A DNA stretch of 64,000 bases from Eledone cirrhosa (taxonomy: Eukaryota): contig OZ024740.1 in NCBI GenBank assembly GCA_964016885.1, positions 411,494,001 to 411,558,000 on the forward strand, in the 5' to 3' direction. The position numbers and the translations under genes are program-made. The notes below the pieces were generated by a model. That model was not told the origin of the DNA, ran no database searches, and saw nothing but the letters and a program-made list of their open reading frames with translations. Below are positions 18,291 through 31,255 of the stretch, piece after piece. The stretch's first letter is position 1. Every line of letters begins with the position of its first letter.

Positions 18291-19287
18291 TAATAGATTA
18301 ATGTTTAAGCAAAGAATCGCTGCTTTCACCATTAACGGGATCTTCTGAAACTAACAAAGTCAATCTGCGAACGCAGAAGTGAATATTTCAAAAAACATTG
18401 CAACCGGAGGAAGACAGGAAGACGATACTTTGGTTCGTGGAAACGTTCCCTGGCAAATAACGGGTAAAAACGAAGATAATACGTCATTATTTGGAGCAGT
18501 GAAAAACAATTACACGCAAAGACAAAACCACGTTTATGGTATAAAAGAAGTCGTAGACTAATATTCTATTAGGTGGTTCATAGAGACGTTCTCTGGCAAT
18601 GAACGAAAAAAACGAAGATAATACGTCATATGTGGAGCGTGGAGAACAATTGCTCGCAAAGACAAAACTACGTAAATGGTATAACTGAAGTCGTAGACTA
18701 AAATTCTAACTAGGAAACCGAATGTTACTCGGCTTCAGAGTTAAGAATAAAGTAAATAAAATACAGAGGTAATTGAAATTAAATAAATACATACACGCAT
18801 CCATATACGTACATACACAAGCATACGCGGAAAACTCACCATAGGTATACAATACACGCCCATATAAATATGTGTGTGTGTGCGCGTGTATACAAATAAT
18901 TAAATAAACGTATATAAATAAATAAATACGTATATAACAAGCGCACACACATACCTACATATAAATACACATATGTTCGGAGACGTCTGTCAACCAAAAC
19001 ACGAAGTACACATATACACAAACCCTACATACGTACGAACCTGCATAATCACACAGACGCAAAACTCACTTATACACATAACCAAAAGCATATGTAACAG
19101 AATATATAAAATATACCCCATAACACATACAATCAAATATACGTACGATAAAGGATACGTACCTTCACAAAACATACAGGTAATATATACTTACCTATAC
19201 AAATAAATAATGGTATAAACATAACATATACTTAGCTACCACATCAAGACGTAAAATATCCGCGTATAGATCGTACTATCCGTTAGG

Positions 19288-19836
19288 TTATAATGTGGGG
19301 CTGTAATACAGGAAAGTTTTGTGCAATTTATGTTTACAAGCCGAAATTGCCTCAGATTTTTTGTTTAAGATGTGGTCTGTGACGTAGAGTATTTCCAGGG
19401 CCTCAGCAGCGCAGAGGTCACATGATCTTTTATTTCCGTTATACGATCTAGCCCTAGCTAGGATCTCCCAGTGTAATTTATATTGGGTGTGGTTGTCTTT
19501 TAGACTCCAGTAATAAGCTGAAAGTGACGTCATATTCCTTCTTAGAGGGTAACGAAAAGAATGGGTATGCATGTAAAGACGCTGCTTTATCTATTGGCGG
19601 TTAACCCTATGTAGGCCCTACGGGACGTGGGTGTTTCAACCTTACATTTGTAGACAATGTTACTCGAGAGGCATTTCCCGGATAGGGGGCAGTCAACCCG
19701 ATTCCTACAATTACAGTTAGTACTAACTACAGGGTTGCACGTGTTCCTACGGCTAGGTAGTTTAGCTAAATTTGAAGCTGTGATGTTAAGTGCAAGGTTA
19801 GGAGTCGTAGAGTAAGACATTTTAATAGTATTTCTA
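19288..19836 (-). pseudogene. PLE zinc-linker plus GIY-YIG endonuclease fragment, frameshifted near 19590
   Basis: TIKMSYS..N, CNCR....CPLSGKCL, IVY...YIG, (I)KQRLYMH..SF, LS.Y.W.LK, CDLC..E, LNKKSE..SACKH. Pattern resembles my recollection of Hydra-clade PLE C-termini; clade not verified. Confidence 0.85.
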
Positions 19837-20132
19837 TTGTTCTCCACGCTCCACATATGACGTATTATCTTTGTTTCTTCCGTTCATTGCCAGAGAACAT
19901 CTCTATGAACCACCTAATAGAATATTAGTCTACGACTTCTTTTATACCATAAACGTGGTTTTGTCTTTGCGTGTAATCGTTTTTCACTGCTCCAAATAAT
20001 GACGTATTATATTCGTTTTTTCCCGTTTTTGCCAGGGAACGTTTCCACGAACCAAAGTATCGTCTTCCTGTCTTCCTCGGGTTGCAACGTTTTTTGAAAT
20101 ATTCACTTCTACGTTCACAGATTGACTTTGTT

Positions 20133-20183
20133 AGTTTCAGATGATCCCGTTAAGGGTGAAAGCAGCGATTCTTTGCTTAAACT
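20133..20183 (+). ncRNA. Type I hammerhead-like motif with variant core CAGAUGA
   Basis: agttt-CAGATGA-t-ccc-gttaa-ggg-t-GAA-agca-gcgattctt-tgct-T-aaact; mirror copy at 18302-18352 (minus, CAGAAGA). Confidence 0.6.
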
Positions 20184-20315
20184 TTAATCTGTTATTTTAA
20201 TAAATATTTTCTCTACGGTTCTTACATATTTGATATATATTTATCTTTATCGAGCCCTCTTAGGATTTTAGTATTCACATTTATTATTATTACTATACAC
20301 ACACACACACACACG

Positions 20316-20479
<164 letters not shown>

Positions 20480-21619
20480 GACTAATCGAGACTCAGCCAT
20501 CGTGTATATAAACATACATACTTTTAATATGTAGACATGTAAACATGCCAGAAAATACAACATTCATATTTTCTGATATGTTTACGGACACAGCTATGGC
20601 CGAAAATCGCTTAAGCGTGTATATACATTTTCAATTTATTGGGAAATTCCTATTTTGGGGCATGTTTATATGTTTACATATCTTAATTCATTCCTTGTAT
20701 GAGTTATAAAAGTGATATTTTACACAAATATTCGTATGGGCAATTAATTGAACTAAATAAATTCTTCTTTTTATGTAGTATTTACATAATTCATTATGCT
20801 AGTGTCTTTAATATTCCATAATTTTGAATCTTTTTGTTGATATATTTTATTAATTTATATTTCAATGATTACATTTCTCCTTTTTGCCATTTTCATACCA
20901 ATATTTTATATATAAAATATATTTGTTTTACTGTTGGAAGTAATACTATATAATATTTAATTATTTGTGATATAAAATTAATTAAATATTTAATTCAATT
21001 GAAAATTCTTTCTATGCACATATTTATACGCAATACGATATTACTTAGTAGTTTAAAGTAGTGTTTCAGATCTTAAGAGTATAATTATGTATGAGTGTCT
21101 GTTGGACATCTCTTCTTACCTCACATAACATCCTCAGTTCACCCACCTTTTTGATTTGTATGTAGATATCTTTTTCTTCCATACATCTCACTATTTCTTG
21201 CCGCATCCGCCGTTGTCATTTTTTAACACATCGCTAGTAATTCTCCTCTGCTGCGCTATTAATTTAAACATTCTCTTTCTGCCATTGTCTCTCTCATCAT
21301 ATTAGTGTCTCTTTCTTCACCTGCACATTTATCTATCTTTCATTCTTTACCATACATGTATCTTCTTTGCTTTCTATCCCACCACTTCGTTCAGTTTCAC
21401 GTATCTCACTTTTCCTGCATTTACATCCATCCTACGTATGACCACCGGTACACTAACACCAACTTTTACTTCTCTACTTCCTCTCACTTTTTTATTTACA
21501 TTTTCAACATCTTAAAATTCTTTTTAGATATGTCCTTTATTCTATATTTTTCTCTTTCTTCAAATCCTTGACTTATATTCATATAGAGCTCTTACAAAAT
21601 TCCTTTCTATAAAAATATT

Positions 21620-21900
21620 TACTCCCATGTTCGCCGTGTTGGAAGCTCAGGCCTTTTGTCTGCTTTCACTTTCAACTACAAATGGAAGGAAACCCAGAAG
21701 AGACGCATTCATGATCTCACGTAGCTTTCTCTGTAAAGTAAGGAGGATGGTGGATTTGATAAAATTGCCACATGCACATATTAACAAATTAACAAAAAAT
21801 ACACCAGCTAGAGAAACCATTCCATCATATTATCAGAACTTCTAAACACTGATACGAACAAAGAGCTCTTCAATAATGTCAAAATCCAGGTTTGTCATTG
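21620..21900 (+). mobile_element. Possible decayed L1/Tx1 ORF2 relic
   Basis: Reads FNYKWKETQKRRIHDLT*LSL*SKEDGGF, resembling the F.W...RI...L...K..GGL motif; contains stops. Confidence 0.3.
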
Positions 21901-22665
21901 TTCGCCCGTAATTTCTTCAACACGAACTCACATTATACGAAGAAAAAAATTCTTTTTTAGGATAGTCGATCTCAAAAGTACAGTATCTTCAGAGGTATAT
22001 TTTGGTGACAAATCGTAGGTATCCGCTGCCTAATTTTGCCCAAGTAGGGTCTACAATTCAGTGAAATCAAATATACCTACGTAATTGACAAGGTGTCTGA
22101 CGCGGCAATTATTCTCTCACGCAGTAAAACAGTTACAAAGAAATTAAGCTAAATATCATTTTGTTACATAAGCAACAATGGGAAAATTGGGCTCAATTAA
22201 TGGTGCAATGTTATATTTTCTATTCGTTAAAAATATGCTTCCATCATTCAGAGAGAATTAGCCCAACATTTACTTTCCTTGTTACAAACATAACAAGAAT
22301 AAAAGCTAACGGAGAAATTGCTTACAGATTTGTAAAGTTGTGTCAACATAAACCTTTTACAAAGATATTGCTGAATCAATAGGTTTCTTCCTACTGTCGA
22401 TCGACCAGTACATAATTGGCTGTCTCAGTTGACAGTCAGCCAAGGGAAGTATTGATATTTCCGATGGATGAATTTACACAGTATAGCTAAATCATAGGAA
22501 TGCATCGTTGAATATGTTTTGAAGGTTTTGGGTGTTGATCCAGGCATTCAGCTTTCCTTAAATTATGAATAATTTTATAAGTGGAGTTTGCCTTCTGAGA
22601 ATCTGGTTTTAATTAATTAGTAATGATATTTTAAGATTTATATATGTATTCGTGTGTAAATAATA

Positions 22666-22847
22666 ATTGTCTCTACTTTCGGCACAAAGCCAGCAATTAA
22701 CCAGTGCATTACTGGTACTTTATTTTATCGACCCCGTAAGGACGAAAGCCAAAGTCAACATCGGCGGGATTTGAACTCAGATCGTAAAGGGACGTAACTA
22801 TGCTGGAAAGCATGGCGTCCGACCCTCTACTGACACTGCCAATCCAC
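22666..22847 (-). mobile_element. tRNA-derived SINE
   Basis: Same family, full length. Confidence 0.85.
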
Positions 22848-23011
22848 AATAATAATATCATAATAATATTATATTATTGATATTCGGTTTGTTTGCAAGC
22901 AAACAGCCTCCTAAAACACCACGTGTTGGATGACTAATCGCCATCCTTTTGTTCCAGCGTTACACTCACGAATACATTTAGATGTCCATATATATATTAT
23001 ATATCTATGTA

Positions 23012-23055
<44 letters not shown>

Positions 23056-23062
<7 letters not shown>

Positions 23063-23270
23063 ACTTTGGGAGGGTCATGCTGTTAACAAAACACACGCAC
23101 CTCCTGGTTCACTTCAATTTATTATAAATTTCCGGTCTGTTGGTTGGTTCGATAGCCGGATTCTTGTTTATATATTGTCAAATATTTTTCGTCACACATT
23201 CTGCGACCTCCTCAGTGACTGGGTTTTTATTTTGTGTCGCTCCTTTGTTTTGTCCTGCACCATCTTATTT
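23056..23270 (+). mobile_element. Diverged solo PLE terminal repeat
   Basis: Starts ttgttgtactttgggagggtcatg after (TA)n; colinear with the 40290 and 50673 copies. Confidence 0.8.
23177..23219 (-). ncRNA. Minimal type I hammerhead ribozyme
   Basis: Minus strand: gtca-CTGAGGA-g-gtcgca-gaatg-tgtgac-GAAA-aatatt-tgac; palindromic stem III region AAATATTT. Confidence 0.75.
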
Positions 23271-23331
23271 TTGTACACACACATACACACACATATATAT
23301 ACTCTAACATGCGAGCTTACATACGCACACA

Positions 23332-23418
<87 letters not shown>

Positions 23419-24065
23419 ATTTTAAAGTCGTGCATCATATCGTTTGCATTCTTTATACCCATAGGAAGTTATGTGTGAACTATTCAATCTACCTGAAATC
23501 TATGCACGAACCCCATTATTGAGAGAATGATAGATAGATAGTTCCATAGAGTGAGAGTGAGAGGGGGAGAAAGAGAGAGAGAGGGATATATATATATAGA
23601 GAGAGAGAGAGAGAGGCGGCGAGGATGAAATAAGTCGTTAGGAGCACGGGCGGTCTTTAACAATGAAGAAAATGAAGAGCCGTTAACGGCACACAAGCTA
23701 TCAAAGATTTGGCCTTCTATCACTTACCCAGTTAGATACACCAAAGAAATTGTGTGACTTTCCATATAGAAACACTAACACAACAAAGGCACAAAACAAT
23801 CAGTTGTACTAAAATATAGTTTATCAATATGCCAAAAGAAAACAACAAAACATTATCATTGCTATGACAGTTTCATGCGAGATTCATGCATTAACAGATG
23901 CACGTCCGTGTTCCTAAAATGTGCACATCATTATTTGTTTCTATGTTCACCACTATTATTATTATTATTATTATTATTACTAATATTATTATTAGGAGTG
24001 TTATTTGCTGTTGTTCTTGTTGTAGTAGATGTAGCATTGATGTTATTAGTATTATTATTACAAAC

Positions 24066-24175
24066 CAGTAGTGGCTTTGCGTTCTGATCGCTCTCTTCGT
24101 GGCTAGAGAGTTTGAATCGGATGTAGGATGAATTAGACTTGGAGGAACACGGCACGAACTGCAACAGAACGAAAA
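24066..24175 (-). CDS. Candidate penultimate exon of the nAChR-like gene (intracellular loop)
   Basis: Strong pyrimidine tract and acceptor (cttctttattctttgatttttgatag; alternative cag acceptor would start the exon at 24158). Open frame FVPCSSKSNSSYIRFKLSSHEESDQNAKPLL, then a phase-0 donor CTG|GTTTGT compatible with the phase-0 last exon. No diagnostic protein motif and the donor is weak. Confidence 0.35.
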
Positions 24176-26057
24176 CTATCAAAAATCAAAGAATAAAGAA
24201 GGGTTGTTAAATACAGTTTATTTTGTACAGAGCTTACAGATTTATATGCATTGAATAATACATATATATATATATATATATATATATGAAGAAAGCGAAT
24301 GAGGGGGAGAAAGGGGGAGAGAGGGAAAATGATAGATAGATAGATAGAGAGGGAGAGAGTGATATAGATGGGGGAGATAAAGTGAGGTTTGGCATTTTCC
24401 GTTAATAGTATTCTCTTTCATTGTAGCAGCTAATAGATTCCTAAACGTTTACTACATTATGGGTATTTTCTCTTTAGCGAAATCCAAACTAAATTTTATT
24501 CTCCGTAGCCGAAGAGGAGAGAGAAGCTCATTGTTTTTCGAATGTAGCTTCTCTTTATAGTTTATCGTTAGATATGTTTAAAAGTATTCGAACATCTTAC
24601 CGTTTCTATCTATATCTTTTATAGCTCAGAAAACACACCCAAAGAAGTATTGCTCCCGAATATGGGAAATATTGTGCAGGTTTTTTTACACCTTCCTAAA
24701 TGTCTTCCATAAAAATTACAAAAATGATTGAGATACCGTCATCATCAACACACGACAAACATTGATCGAAACACGTGCTGACGCCTCACCTTCCATTATC
24801 TAGTAACGCCGTATTAACCTCTATCCATGGGAGACAACAGGTAGTGTGGAACCTCCAGCCATCCCACACGATTCAATCATATTCAAATGATTCCTATAAT
24901 GTGTCTACACCCTTAACGCTGCAATAGACAAAATCTCCAGAACCTCACCGATCTGGAATTTTCAATCATCCCATCCGTTTCCCGCTGTTATCGACTGGCA
25001 TTTGTTGAACATTAAGAATATCGACATCACCGCGCCCCGGGGGCCTGCTAAAGTCATTGGTGCAGACCATCTTTCCATATCACACACTTAATATACATAT
25101 ATACAATTGTTATACACAACTCTGTTGAATTTCACAAAAAAACGAGTAAGGATATCTGCTTTCATTCCTTTAGAATAATGCACATTAATTATTTCTGTAT
25201 ATCTGAATGCAATAATATAATTTTCATTTGAATTAAATATTTAATTATACAACACAAATACTTGAAAAAAATTCAAATACGTATGGTAATAATTACAAAA
25301 ACAACTTATATATATATATAGTCATTTTCAATATAAAAATATCATATTACAAGCAGTTGTAATATGGTATAGAGATTTAATTATAAAATATAAATGAATA
25401 AATAATATATACGAAAGAAAAAAAGAAGATATAAAGAAATAAGGAAAGAAAATAGATAATGTAAAATAGAAACCCCAATGCAAATCATTATTTTAAAGCT
25501 AGGTATAATTATGACTATATTTTCTATTCGCTGTTTGAGAATTAATGAATTAACCTGTATAAGGTTATATTAAATTTATAATACAAAGAATGAATTAAAT
25601 CGAATCAACTTAAATGTGGATTCTGGGTCTTACATTTCATATGAACATTTACACTGGCTCGGATGGCATTTGTCTGGCATTTGTCTGGCAGGTAACTACG
25701 ATTGAAATCGTGTTTTATTACTAAAGCAATTAGGTCATGGACGAATCATTTTACCCGTTCTAAAACACAGACTTTTAAATTCCCTACATACATATCTTAA
25801 CATTTCAGAATGTTTAACATTTCACCAAAGGTTGCTACTGTAAAGGGGGAAACTGACGATGACTATTTCGCAAACTCTGGCGAAACATGTATCATGAAAT
25901 AAACGATGAATAAGTGATTTTAATAGCTATTGACATTTTGTGAAAGACTAAAAAACATTAATAACTCACTCGATATGCAAATTAGGCTGCTCAGCCGCTA
26001 ATATGCATAAGGAAAGTATATACTTTCAAACGTTCAATCGACTGACAGGAAGGTATA

Positions 26058-26098
26058 CGGTGTTGATGACAGCTAATAAGCTAGAAACTAGTTCATCG
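26058..26098 (+). ncRNA. Type I hammerhead ribozyme, copy 1 (core mutated to UUGAUGA)
   Basis: cggtg-TTGATGA-c-agct-aata-agct-a-GAAAC-ta-GTT-catcg. Confidence 0.65.
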
Positions 26099-26492
26099 TT
26101 CCTTTGTCAGTGTTGAACAAAAGGGCAACGATGGTTGCCGAACACTGTACGGCTTAATTCGGGCTGTTTGTTTACAAACAGACCGAACATTATAATAAAT
26201 GTTTGGTAAACCCATACGTACATATATATATATATATATATATATGTGCATGTATGTATGTATATACATACTACTGTACGTCTGTATACATATATGTATA
26301 TACGTATACATACTTATATTTTAGTATCAGCCCTACTAAGAGTGAGAAATGAAATTTCATATTTTCCATTTATCGTTTTCGGTACGCCCGGCCGACTAAC
26401 TCACTCGATATCCAAATTAGGCTGCTCAGCCGTTAATATCCATAAGGAAAGTATATACTTTCAAACGTTCAATCGACTGACAGGAAGGTATA

Positions 26493-26533
26493 CGGTGCTG
26501 ATGACAGCTAATAAGCTAGAAACTAGTTCATCG
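26493..26533 (+). ncRNA. Type I hammerhead ribozyme, copy 2
   Basis: Stem I cggtg/catcg, CTGATGA core, stem II agct/agct with aata loop, GAAA, minimal palindromic stem III (AACTAGTT), predicted GUU cleavage triplet. Stem I extends via ggaa/ttcc, actgaca/tgtcagt and gttcaa/ttgaac. Confidence 0.85.
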
Positions 26534-26652
26534 TTCCTTTGTCAGTGTTGAACAAAAAGTCAACGATGGTTGCCGAACACTGTACGGCTTAATTCGGGCT
26601 GTTTGTTTACAAACAAACCGAGCATTATAATAAATGTTCGATAAACCCATAC

Positions 26653-26722
<70 letters not shown>

Positions 26723-26968
26723 GTGCATGTATGTATGTATATAATACTACTGTACGTCTGTATACATATATGTATATACGTATACATACTTATATTTAAG
26801 TATCAGCCCTACTAAGAGTGAGAAATGAAATTTCATTTTTTCCATTTATCGTTTTCGGTACGCCCGGCCGTCTAACTCACTCGATATCCAAATTAGGCTG
26901 CTCAGCCGTTAATATCCATAAGGAAAGTATATACTTTCAAACGTTCAATCGACTGACAGCAAGGTATA

Positions 26969-27009
26969 CGGTGCTGATGACAGCTAATAAGCTAGAAACT
27001 AGTTCATCG
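26969..27009 (+). ncRNA. Type I hammerhead ribozyme, copy 3
   Basis: Same core and stems as copy 2. Confidence 0.85.
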
Positions 27010-27130
27010 TTCCTTTGTCAGTGTTGAACAAAAAGGCAACGATGGTTGCCGAACACTGTACGGCTTAATTCGGGCTGTTTGTTTACAAACAGACCGAACA
27101 TTATAATAAATGTTTGGTAAACCCATACGT

Positions 27131-27205
<75 letters not shown>

Positions 27206-27449
27206 CATGTATGTATGTATATACATACTACTGTACGTCTGTATACATATATGTATATACGTATACATACTTATATTTTAGTATCAGCCCTACTAAGAGT
27301 GAGAAATGAAATTTCATATTTTCCATTTATCGTTTTCGGTACGCCCGGCCGACTAACTCACTAGATATCCAAATTAGGCTGCTCAGCCGTTAATATCCAT
27401 AAGGAAAGTATATACTTTCAAACGTTCAATCGACTGACAGGAAGGTATA

Positions 27450-27490
27450 CGGTGCTGATGACAGCTAATAAGCTAGAAACTAGTTCATCG
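27450..27490 (+). ncRNA. Type I hammerhead ribozyme, copy 4
   Basis: Same core and stems as copy 2. Confidence 0.85.
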
Positions 27491-29030
27491 TTCCTTTGTC
27501 AGTGTTGAACAAAAAGTCAACGATGGTTGCCGAACACTGTACGGCTTAATTCGGGCTGTTTGTTTACAAACAAACCGAGCATTATAATAAATGTTCGGTA
27601 AACCCATACGTACATATATATATATATATGTGTGCATGTATGTATAGACATACTACTGTACATCTGTATACATATATGTAGGTACGTATACATACTTATA
27701 TTGAAATACAATTTCTTTCGAGGTAATTTGATTGAACTATCAATGATAAGTTCACGTTGCAGGAAGGATTTCACGCGTGCATTTAGTATCTCATGAATTT
27801 CATAAAGTAATGCTAAGCTGGGCTGATAACATATCCGGTCTACCTGTACCTTGCGGCCAGTGGTGGTATATTAGTTGGTAAAGTCCTGCAGGAGTGTGTG
27901 ATGTGTATTTTGCATGAGACGAATGATGAGCGAAACGCTTTTGGAGTTAGAAACAGCTAGTTCTACAAGTGCTTTGGCAGTCAGAGATGGTATGTTGCAA
28001 ACACACGTTGCGGTGGAGCTCTTAGCCTCTCCACACCCTGATGTGCCTGGTGAAGAACCACATCGTACTGCGAGGCATCCCCGTTTGTAGCTGAAAACAA
28101 CGAATCTAGAGGTTTCTAACTCGCTAAAAATCATCAATATACATTTTTTTCGGCAAAGATAATACACCATGTTCGTAGATGATAAACTCGCTTGAAAATG
28201 GGATGGAACATTGCTCTAGTTAGCAGAGAACACTAAATTATGCAGGTGTGACGAGCAGCATGCGTATACAGCCATTAGAAATAGCATAATGAAGTTCAAA
28301 TATGACACAGAGTTTAAAGGTTTTTCCCGGCAGCCATTGAAGCGGTCAAACAATGCTTTTCCTGCAGGCGATGCGCACTCCTCGACATTGATACAGGACT
28401 CACAGGAACGGATCTTCATAAAACAGTCCTGGGCATGGACTCTGGAGATCGAAGTTTGTCAACGCTTGCTCACTACTGCAAAGCATCGGATGTCCCAGGT
28501 GTAATATTTCTTGGATATGAGGTAAATATTTTTTTTGGCGGGGGGGGGGGGGGGGGGCGGACTTCTAGAACGAAAGTACGATGGTGTGTCTATAAAGATA
28601 TAAAGAACACATTTCGAAGCAGATTCTTATTGAAGTTTTCTGATGAAGGGAACTTAGTCCACAAATGTTATAGGTAAATAAAATAACAAGGAACATGCAC
28701 ATATCTTTGTTGCCCTCAGGTTTTATAAAATGATCCTTCCGCTTCGCATTGTCGAAGCTTTCAATTAACATACTTCTTTAAACACTCACACAATGCTTTA
28801 AGCAAACTACAACACATATATATATATATGTATAAGTTGAATTAAATTTAAGAATATATCAGCCCTCGATACATAGAAAATAGAGCCATATATTTCACTA
28901 TTTCTGTAAGTTATTAAAATTCATCTTGTTATCCGACCAATTGCTGGGGATTAGTTTAGCCTCTCCGAAAATGTAAATCCTTCCGTGGTCTTGTATTCTT
29001 GAAAAACAACAACGCATTTTCGAAACCAAA

Positions 29031-29061
<31 letters not shown>

Positions 29062-29817
29062 ATACATTTCTATCTGGAGAGTCAACGCTTGTGAGAATTT
29101 TTTTCTGTTGAATATATTTGTTTTTTTATCTAATGTTGCACTTTCTTATCTGCTCAAGCTGTTGAGAGTTCCAAAGGAAAACTCCAGTATTAAGAAATAT
29201 ATCTATACATTTTTAAAAATTAAATGTTTACTGTCTAAAATAACGTATTTAAATACACATTTTGTCCTTGTTTCGTGAAAAGTCACCGTCCATGATAAAT
29301 TTTCTCTGTATATATGGGACTGGGGAAGAAAGTAAGAAAAACGACTTTAGATTGATCTAGAAAGAATGAGGGCATCATGATATCTAACTCTTCTCTTTTC
29401 AAGGGGACATCACCATATCTAGCACATGTCTCTTCACATGCTTATGTATCTCCTTGATGGTACCCAAAGACCAGGTGATTATGTGAAGCAACACGACAGA
29501 ATACGTCTACTACACAAATTTCTTTTCTGATAAATATATTGCCGCACTTTTTCCAGTCGCAGTCATTATATTAAATCTGTTAATGGAATGACAATCACCA
29601 TCTGCTGGTGACATTTTCTCTCGAGTGGCTTAGTTAGCGGTTTTAGTATTGTATTTACTACTTACAGCAAATAGTGTCATTGCTTCTGCAGCTTTCAGAA
29701 ATGATCTTTTCCGAACAGTTACATCTTGCGATATATGTTTCTCGAAACGAAAAATGGTTTGTACTTTTACGAGTTGCTATTACAAGTGAGCCTTAAATGC
29801 ATTGGCTCGTTATAATA

Positions 29818-29997
29818 ATTGTTTCTACTTTAGACATAAGGTCAGCAATTACCCAGTGCATTGCTGGTACTTTATTTTATCGACCCCGTAAGGATGAAAG
29901 GCAAAGTCAACCTCGGCAGGATTTGAACTCAGATCGTAAAGGGACGTAACTATGCTGGAAAGCATGGCGTCCGACCCTCTACCGATACTGCCAATCC
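29818..29997 (-). mobile_element. tRNA-derived SINE
   Basis: Same family; followed by older diverged copies at about 30004-30200 and 30295-30390. Confidence 0.85.
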
Positions 29998-30414
29998 AAA
30001 TAATAGTTTCTAATTTAGGCCCCAAACCATTAATGTTCTGAATGAGGAATCGATAATATCTACACCACTAACTAACTGGTGCTTTATTTGATCCTACCCA
30101 GAATGATGAAAGGCTAATTTGACATCGATGGGATTTAAACTTAGAAATTTAATTGATGTGAATAACCACCGTTAAGAATTTTGTCATGAGTGTTAAAGAT
30201 TCTTTTCACCGTATCTTAATCTTGAAACATATTTACAAGAAAAAATTGAGAATATCGACATCAGACCTTCCATTTTATGGAATAATAATTGTTAAATTGT
30301 AACTCGGTGGGATTTTAATTCAGAATTAAAAGTGACAGCGGTAAATGATACAAGATATTTTTGTCCATCACACTGTTGATACTCTGTATCCATTATTTAT
30401 AGAGAGCAATGGCT

Positions 30415-30597
30415 GTGGATTGGCAGTATCGGTAGAGGGTCGGACGCCATGCTTTCCAGCATAGTTACGTCCCTTTACGATCTGAGTTCAAATCCCGCCG
30501 AGGTTGACTTTGCCTTTCATCCTTACGGGGTCGATAAAATAAAGTACCGGTAATGAACTGGTGATTGCTGGCCTTGTGCCTAAAGTAGAAACAATTA
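30415..30597 (+). mobile_element. tRNA-derived SINE
   Basis: ggatTGGCAGTATCGGtagag...GAGTTCAAATCCcgccgaggttgactttgcctttcatccttacggggtcgataaaataaagtacc. Confidence 0.9.
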
Positions 30598-31159
30598 TTT
30601 ATAGAGAGCATGGGAAACAACAGAACTTTAATATAGATGATCTTTTCAAACAAAATTCAAGAAATAACGATAACTCATTGAATATAAAAAGAAAATGTAA
30701 TTAATTAATCAATTAAGAAAAAAATATATATAAAATGCCCCAAATGAAAAAAAAAAACATTTATGCAAATTTAAAACATGCAAACACATTTCTTTGCATT
30801 TGTCGTATTTACTGTTTTTAAAAATCTCATTTATTCACCAAAAAACATCCGTTTATAAAGCTTGATAAATGAAACAAAGAATACAAAAAAAAACATGAAC
30901 GAATATAAAAAAAATTAACGAAACAAAAGACACATTATCCCAAAACAAAGAGTTGCAAATGAAGTGTCTTCTTTAAGTCTGGAGCAAGGTTCAACAAGAT
31001 GGCATGGGTTGGGTTACATTGAAGAAAGTAAACAATACAAAAGAATCGTGAGAAAAACGTCAGAGCGAAAGGAAATTATAGAAGTTTGTTGAATACAAGA
31101 TGGAGGTTAAGGGGGAACGGAAATAGCGATGAATAGTATTGTATTTATAAAAAATAAAT

Positions 31160-31255
<96 letters not shown>

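Larger units (their letters stand above)
25962..27702 (+). repeat. Tandem array of hammerhead-containing units (retrozyme-like), about 3.7 copies
   Basis: Units start at 25962, 26397, 26873 and 27354 (periods 435, 476, 481 bp; length differences lie mostly in an internal (TA)n). Each unit has one HHR motif. Confidence 0.9.

Noticed and set aside
18706-18745. Additional ribozyme (CTGAAG...) in the PLE 3' UTR
   Set aside because: Only a simple hairpin; no GAAA box in the required order.
25962-27702. CRISPR-like array or repeated small genes (ORFs at 26246, 26818, 27110)
   Set aside because: Whole units repeat with no unique spacers, the context is eukaryotic, and the ORFs are chance frames that break between copies.
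30415-30500. tRNA genes
   Set aside because: The A and B boxes belong to multi-copy SINE heads, with no complete cloverleaf.
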